NCBI GenBank assembly: GCA_038046645.1
Contig: JBBSVU010000011.1
Coordinates: 7,778 to 42,888 of the forward strand
Length of the DNA stretch: 35,111 nucleotides
DNA from: an archaeon
GTDB lineage: Archaea > Iainarchaeota > Iainarchaeia > Iainarchaeales > 0-14-0-20-34-12
Direction of reading: 5' to 3'
Part shown: one piece after another, positions 29,619 to 35,111 of the stretch
How the letters are laid out: every line of letters starts with the position of its first letter
Numbering within the stretch: position 1 is the stretch's first letter
Made by a program: the position numbers and the translations under genes
Notes under the pieces: generated by a model
Databases searched by the model: none
Told to the model about the DNA's origin: nothing
The model's input: only the letters and a program-made list of their open reading frames with translations

Positions 29619-30911
29619 ATGGAACTCACAAAAATTGCAAGCATCTTTGAAAAAGCCAAAGGTTCTTTTTACACAAGAGGCTGGGTAAAAAGGAAAAGGG
29701 AATTGAAAAATAAAATGTTTATCCTTTTGAGGGATGAAACAGATGAATTGCAATGCGTTCTTGACCGCGATAAGGCAGACAAAAAACTTGCAGATATTGT
29801 TGAGAAAGCAACTATGGAATCAAGTGTTGAATTAAAAGGCGCATTAAGAAAGGATGAAAGAGCACCAAATGGCTTTGAATTGGATATTGAAGATTTGAAA
29901 ATAGTCGGATTGGCTGACACATTCCCTATCGGCAGGGATTTAAGCGAGGAATTTTTGCTTGATGTCAGGCATTTGTGGATAAGAAGCTCAAAAATCTCAA
30001 ATGCATTGAAAGTAAGGGCAACTGTTTTTGAAGCATTTCGCGAATTCATGAAAGAAAATAATTTTACTGAAACTTCAGGCCCAATGTTTGTTTCAGGCTC
30101 TGTTGAAGGCGGCTCTACATTATTCAAAGTTCCTTATTTCGACAAAACTGTTTACCTTACACAAAGCTCCCAATTTTATATGGAAGTAATGATGTTTGCA
30201 TTGGGAAATTGTTATACAATAGCGCCAAGTTTTCGTGCTGAAAAATCAAGGACTCCTAGGCATTTAACCGAATTCTGGCATGCTGAGGCAGAGATGCCTT
30301 GGGCAGGTTTAGAGGATATAATTGATTTGGAAGAGCGCATGCTGAAACACATGGTTGAAAAAGTTGTAATTGACCGAGAAAAAGAATTAATTGGGTTAGG
30401 AAGGGATCCAAAAACATTAGAGCCCAGCATAAAAAAGAAATATCACCGCATGACTTATGAGGAAGCGGTAAAAGAAATTTCAAAGAAATTTTCTTATGTT
30501 AAATCAGGCTATGATTTAGGTGAAAAAGAGGAAAGAGAATTTACTAAAGATTTGGACAGGCCAATAATTCTGACACATTACCCTACTTCATTAAAGCCAT
30601 TTTATCACAGGTTAGATCCAAAAGATCCAACGCATGTTTTGTGCAACGATATTCTTGCACCAGAAGGTTATGGTGAAATAATAGGATCAGGGGAAAGATG
30701 CTGGAATGCAAATGAATTAATTGATAGAATTAAAAAAGATAAATTGCCTTTAGAGCCTTATCAATGGTATATTGATTTACGAAGATTTGGTTCTGTACCA
30801 CATGCAGGCTTTGGCATGGGCTTGGAAAGATTTGCTGCCTGGCTTTGCAAAGCTCAAACAATTAGGGATGTTGTTCCTATTCCAAGGACTATTACAAGGA
30901 CTTATCCTTAA
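29619..30911 (+). CDS. asnS: Asparagine--tRNA ligase
   Basis: OB fold RGWV...LRD; EGGSTLF, YLTQSSQ, SFRAEKSRTPRHLTEFW, GEIIG, PHAGFGMGLER. Confidence 0.95.
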   Translation: MELTKIASIFEKAKGSFYTRGWVKRKRELKNKMFILLRDETDELQCVLDRDKADKKLADIVEKATMESSVELKGALRKDERAPNGFELDIEDLKIVGLADTFPIGRDLSEEFLLDVRHLWIRSSKISNALKVRATVFEAFREFMKENNFTETSGPMFVSGSVEGGSTLFKVPYFDKTVYLTQSSQFYMEVMMFALGNCYTIAPSFRAEKSRTPRHLTEFWHAEAEMPWAGLEDIIDLEERMLKHMVEKVVIDREKELIGLGRDPKTLEPSIKKKYHRMTYEEAVKEISKKFSYVKSGYDLGEKEEREFTKDLDRPIILTHYPTSLKPFYHRLDPKDPTHVLCNDILAPEGYGEIIGSGERCWNANELIDRIKKDKLPLEPYQWYIDLRRFGSVPHAGFGMGLERFAAWLCKAQTIRDVVPIPRTITRTYP

Positions 30912-30917
30912 ATTTAA

Positions 30918-31958
30918 TTATGGCATTCTTCTTGATGTTCTTGGCCTAACTGCCTTTATTGGAACAGCCCTTCTAGTTCTCGTAATTGTTTGCACTTTTA
31001 CAGGTTTATTTTTGAAAGCTTTATCTAAAGCGGCAGCCAATGCACTTGATATCTTCTTGAGTTGCATTACGGTTCCCTTGCCTTTTGCATATTCCCTATT
31101 ATCTGCAGAAGCCCAATCTTCAGTATAAGTATCATAAAATCTTGTTGCAGCTAACATAGTTCCTCTAAAAGAACTAATATTAGTAGGTCTAGCTCCAGCT
31201 GGTAAATGGTTTCTTAAATATGGGATAGTGAGATAACTATTCAATCTGTTTCTGACCGCAATTACTGCAAGCTCATCAATTCCAAATCTTCTTGCAATAG
31301 TCTGGGCCTTTGTTGCCCTAAAAACTTCCGCAGTTACTTTCATGAATAATTCTTTGTTTGCAATTTCTTGGCCATTATGGACAGATTCCCTAATAAAACC
31401 TATTAATGCTTCGTATCTTTGTTTTGGAGTAACTGCATTTTCCTGCCTTTTTTCCCTTGCTTTTCTTAAATCTTCAGAAGATATTGGAATAGGGCGCATT
31501 TTTAGCTTGCCATGGCTTTTTGGCTTTTGAGCATCATAAGTTACACCAGCTTCTTTTAGTGCTGTTGCTAATTCACCAGAGTGAACACCATTACTTTTAG
31601 CCAGTTCCATAACAGTTGATCCCCCTAATCCACCCTGCCTTTTTATTCTTGCTGCAAGATTTTCAAGTTTTAACCTATTCCTAAATTTTGGGTTTCTGGA
31701 AAGAAATGCATCAGCTAATTCTTTTGGAGATTTTTTTTCTGTTATTAGCCCATATAGCGGAAATGCTTCATGAAGTGCATCTAAAACACGTTTCTGCTCT
31801 TGGCCTAATTGTTGAGATAATGCTTGGCTGTGTGCAATATAATTAATTTCTGTAGCAGGCATTCTTTGCAAGTTTGCTTCAAGTAATCCTTGAACCTTTC
31901 TTATAAATTCATAAGTTATTACTGGTGCTCTTTTTTCTTGTGCCATATTTATTCCCAT
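30918..31958 (-). CDS. Hypothetical basic protein
   Basis: 346-aa ORF, R/K/P-rich C-terminus, no recognisable family; start may be 31946. Confidence 0.75.
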   Translation of the reverse strand: MGINMAQEKRAPVITYEFIRKVQGLLEANLQRMPATEINYIAHSQALSQQLGQEQKRVLDALHEAFPLYGLITEKKSPKELADAFLSRNPKFRNRLKLENLAARIKRQGGLGGSTVMELAKSNGVHSGELATALKEAGVTYDAQKPKSHGKLKMRPIPISSEDLRKAREKRQENAVTPKQRYEALIGFIRESVHNGQEIANKELFMKVTAEVFRATKAQTIARRFGIDELAVIAVRNRLNSYLTIPYLRNHLPAGARPTNISSFRGTMLAATRFYDTYTEDWASADNREYAKGKGTVMQLKKISSALAAALDKAFKNKPVKVQTITRTRRAVPIKAVRPRTSRRMP

Positions 31959-32000
31959 ATTAGCTTGTAAAGCTTAATATGTGTTATTTATCTATTATAG

Positions 32001-33938
32001 TTATTTATCTGCAGGCTTATATTTAAGTATTTTATTTATTATTGATTCTCCAATCGCCTTAGGCATATCAACTGCTTTTGCCACACATTTTGCTTCTGCA
32101 GTGCCAGGGCTTTGGCAGCTATATTGCAGGAAGGGCCACATTGCCCAAGCAGGAATATATTTGCCAAATATTTGGTCTTTTGTGCAATCATCATCTGAAA
32201 AGCATTTTGGCGTAATGCATTGCCCATTAGAGCAAACATGCCCCAAAGCATCAGAACAATCATAGTGTTCTTTATTCTCCATTACTTGCATTTCCCCACA
32301 AAATGAATTCTTTGTGCCTGCAACATAACAAATTGAATATTGCAAATCCCCAAATACTGTATTACCGTTACAAGTAGGATTGACCCAAGATTGCGGGCAG
32401 TCAGCCATGCTGAAACATTCTACATCTTCAATCTCAGCTTTAACCTTGCAGCCTGCTTTATAATTTTCCTCATAGCACACTTCGTCAGGATCACAAGCTT
32501 CAATTTCTTTTTCTATAATTGATCCTTGGCATGACGAACCATATTCTCCTGGGTTCAAACAGGAATAATCAATGTGCTGTTGATAAACATTAGAGACATT
32601 AACCTCTTCACAGTATAAATTCCCATAATAATTATCCGCAGGACAATCGGCATCTGAATAGCATCCAACAGATTCACATTTATTCTCAATGCATTTTTCT
32701 CCTGCCCCGCAGTCTGCCTCAGTATTGCAAAATCCTTCTAGTAAGACACACTTTGAATCAATGCAATCATGGAAAGGCCCGCAATCATCCGAGAAAGCAC
32801 AAGCAGTTGCCTTGCATTTCCCAGTATCACAGACAGCATTTTCCCCGCAATCTGAATCCTTAGTGCATTTTGATGGCTGGCATTCCCCGACAATGCATGT
32901 TTCATCAATAGAACATTTGTCCATTAATTGCCCGCTTACAAAATCTACTGAGCAGTATGCTTGCACAGTACCTGCTTTTTCACAAGTATGTTTTGCAACA
33001 GTAGCATATGCATCGTTTTGATTGCAAAATTTCGTTCCAATAACATCCTCACAGTCAGAATCCTTGCTGCATGCAATATTTTTACATTCACCATTCTCAC
33101 AGGTTTCATCAGTTTTGCAGTTCTGCACTAATTCAGTATTGGCTGAATTTGAGCAATTGGCAAATATTGTCCCTGGGCTATTGCAAAAATAGTTTTTGGT
33201 TTGGTGGTAAACATTTCCATTTAAACAATAAGGCTCACCAATTACATCTGTCCCGCAGTCTGGATTTTTATTACAGGCAACAGATTTACATTGGCCATTA
33301 TCGCAGGCCTCATTTTGGGCACATTCTACTTTAAGTTTATCCTGGTTTGATGATGAACAAGAAGCATTTGCTGTCCCAGGATTATTGCATAGATATGTTT
33401 TAAATTGCTGGAAAACATCATTATTTGAGCAAAAAAGATTGCCAAAATAGTCATCAGTTCCACAATCAGCATTCTTTGTGCATGTGATTTGGATATTCTG
33501 GCATGAGCCATTGGAGCATGTTTGGTTTTGTGAGCATTCCTGCGTTAATTTAGTGTCTGTTGAGAATGTGCAATTTGCCAATGGAGTTCCAGGGTTTAAA
33601 CAAAGATAATTCTTAAATTGCTGGTAAACATTTCCGTTGTAACAATAAGGATCTGTTGCACTGTCAATTCCGCAGTCTGAGTTTTGGGTGCAAGCAAAAT
33701 CGCCGCTTGGGTAAAAATTACCTTTCTTATACTGGTTTGAATGAACATAGGCTTCGCTGTTCTTTTTGAACATTTCTTTATTTGAAATGATTTTATCCTT
33801 GGAATTATTTGAAGTAATCTTGTCCCTAAAATTTCTTGAAGAAAAAGAATTGTCTAATGCATATACTGAAATTATTGAAACTAATAATATAAATAATACA
33901 AATAGAACCGAATATTTGCTGCTTAATCTAAAACCCAT
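32001..33938 (-). CDS. Secreted cysteine-rich repeat protein
   Basis: Signal peptide; repeated C-x4-DC...C...NVYQ...YxCxNPGT..AxC units; AGGAGG RBS. Confidence 0.88.
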   Translation of the reverse strand: MGFRLSSKYSVLFVLFILLVSIISVYALDNSFSSRNFRDKITSNNSKDKIISNKEMFKKNSEAYVHSNQYKKGNFYPSGDFACTQNSDCGIDSATDPYCYNGNVYQQFKNYLCLNPGTPLANCTFSTDTKLTQECSQNQTCSNGSCQNIQITCTKNADCGTDDYFGNLFCSNNDVFQQFKTYLCNNPGTANASCSSSNQDKLKVECAQNEACDNGQCKSVACNKNPDCGTDVIGEPYCLNGNVYHQTKNYFCNSPGTIFANCSNSANTELVQNCKTDETCENGECKNIACSKDSDCEDVIGTKFCNQNDAYATVAKHTCEKAGTVQAYCSVDFVSGQLMDKCSIDETCIVGECQPSKCTKDSDCGENAVCDTGKCKATACAFSDDCGPFHDCIDSKCVLLEGFCNTEADCGAGEKCIENKCESVGCYSDADCPADNYYGNLYCEEVNVSNVYQQHIDYSCLNPGEYGSSCQGSIIEKEIEACDPDEVCYEENYKAGCKVKAEIEDVECFSMADCPQSWVNPTCNGNTVFGDLQYSICYVAGTKNSFCGEMQVMENKEHYDCSDALGHVCSNGQCITPKCFSDDDCTKDQIFGKYIPAWAMWPFLQYSCQSPGTAEAKCVAKAVDMPKAIGESIINKILKYKPADK

Positions 33939-34129
33939 ACTACCCCTCCTTTATAGTAATTTAATAAAGGGAAAAGGTTAATAATGTTATTTTAGTTGGG
34001 GTTAATTGCCAGAATTCGCATCTGCTTAGTTAGCAGTAAATTTTTTTTTCCTTTAGCAGTTTGATAGCAATTTTTTCTCTTTTGACCGTAAACGAAAAAG
34101 TTTTTTCTTTTCCATTTCAAGCGAAGCTT

Positions 34130-34418
34130 GAAAGGACCTGTAAAATTCTTTTGAATTTTACATGGTGAACCCAAGTCAATGTGTTAAACTTATATTAATA
34201 AATCTCTTCTAATATAAGCTATTTTATTATTAATACTTCTTTAACACATTGAAGGGCCTTTTCTTTTTTTAGGCTCTGTAGAAATGATATATAAAGCCCG
34301 AAATTTTCAGGAAAAATAAGCCTGAACTGAACTCTGCTTGGCAAAACAAGGAAAGCCAGTTTATAAGGCTGGATGATTTCTACAGCGCCCTTTTTTTAGG
34401 AAAAAAGAAAAGGGGCTT
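34130..34418. repeat. Cluster of nested inverted repeats
   Basis: TGTAAAATTC/GAATTTTACA; TCAATGTGTTAA/TTAACACATTGA; CTGTAGAAAT/ATTTCTACAG with outer CCTTTTCTTTTTT/AAAAAAGAAAAGG arms. Confidence 0.7.
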
Positions 34419-34421
34419 GTT

Positions 34422-34496
34422 TGGGCATGGGCGGATTTGAACCGCCGACCGCACGATTATCAGTCGTGTGCTCCAACCAGGCTGAGCTACACGCCC
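34422..34496 (-). tRNA. tRNA-Ile, anticodon GAU
   Basis: Acceptor GGGCGTG/CATGCCC+A; anticodon stem CACGA/TCGTG, loop CT-GAT-AA; T arm GGCGG-TTCAAAT-CCGCC. Confidence 0.96.
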
Positions 34497-34614
34497 AAAA
34501 TCCTTTTCTTTTGGGAAAAGAAAAGGCTTTTAGAACCCAAAAGAAAACTTTTCTTTAACCGTAAAAAGAATTTGGCAATTAATATAACACAACTGCAGGA
34601 TAATATTCAACCTT

Positions 34615-35111
34615 ATGAGCGGGAAATCTGCCTCTTTTAAGTGGCAGATGAAAGTTCACATTCAGGGGAAATCTACTCCCCCCTATTCTTTATAAAGCAT
34701 GAAACCTTTTTTAACTTATGCTGCTCACATACAAATTCAGGATGTACCCATCAAAAGAACAAGAACAAAAACTATTTTTTGTTTTGGATAAATGCCGTTT
34801 TACATACAACAAACTGCTTGAAATATTAAACAAGCAAGAGAAAATAAACCAATCAGAAATCCAATCTTCCATTCCAGAACTAAAAGAACAATATCCCGAA
34901 CTAAATGAAATATATTCAAAAACACTGCAATATGAATCATATCGTTTATTCTCAAACCTAAGGACATTATCCAGATTAAAGAAGAACGGAAACACAGTAG
35001 GAAAGCTAAGATTCAAGGGAAAAGACTGGTTCAAGACCTTTACTTACAACCAGTCAGGCTTTGTTCTTGAGATAAAGAACAAGAAATATAACAAACTATA
35101 TCTCTCAAAGA
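34615..35111 (+). mobile_element. IS200/IS605-family (IS1341-like) element, partial
   Basis: End-like hairpins at 34626-34649 and 34665-34681 followed by tnpB; no tnpA in window. Confidence 0.65.
34718..35111 (+). CDS. tnpB: RNA-guided endonuclease TnpB, N-terminal part (runs off window)
   Basis: Manual translation MLLTYKFRMYPSKEQEQKL...CRFTYNKLL...LKEQYPELNEIYSKTLQ...VGKLRFKG...FTYNQSGF...LYLSK; leaderless after TTTATAAA 34689-34696. Confidence 0.92.
   Translation, partial: MLLTYKFRMYPSKEQEQKLFFVLDKCRFTYNKLLEILNKQEKINQSEIQSSIPELKEQYPELNEIYSKTLQYESYRLFSNLRTLSRLKKNGNTVGKLRFKGKDWFKTFTYNQSGFVLEIKNKKYNKLYLSK

Noticed and set aside
806..33938. Stop-codon reassignment, frameshifts or inteins
   Set aside because: Conserved genes are full length under the standard code and TGA is used as a normal stop
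34276..34385. C/D box sRNA
   Set aside because: Box C and terminal box D matches are poor and kink-turn spacing does not fit
3490..34496. Integrated element bounded by tRNA att sites
   Set aside because: The repeats are inverted, both tRNAs are complete, no integrase is present and the interval holds core genes
34641..35034. 62-aa (+) and 107-aa (-) ORFs
   Set aside because: Off-frame or antisense to tnpB

Overview
AT-rich archaeal chromosomal segment. Thermosome, Alba, Sec61-beta, an archaeal AsnRS-like asparagine synthetase and TATA-type promoters show it is archaeal. The fermentative acetate-CoA ligase, many basic ORFans and a Cys-rich surface protein suggest a DPANN lineage (inference). 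Housekeeping genes include ths, ileS, secG, alba, pdxS/pdxT, acd, rbr/dfx/ogg, asnA/asnS and three tRNAs. Four CDSs missing from the ORF track were read by hand: a partial Ser/Thr kinase, Sec61-beta, a CxxC-x17-CxxC protein and a partial TnpB. Main observations: (1) a rare tRNA-Ile(UAU) upstream of ileS whose body and non-coding flanks are homologous to the tRNA-Ile(GAU) locus 31 kb away in inverted orientation; (2) a membrane-anchored peptidoglycan lytic transglycosylase in an archaeon; (3) several ORFans with K/R/P-rich N-termini; (4) an IS200/IS605 right-end/omega-RNA-like hairpin upstream of tnpB; (5) a 23-bp tandem array built from the last codons of secG; (6) two heavily base-paired intergenic regions; (7) operator-like arrays at three regulator genes.
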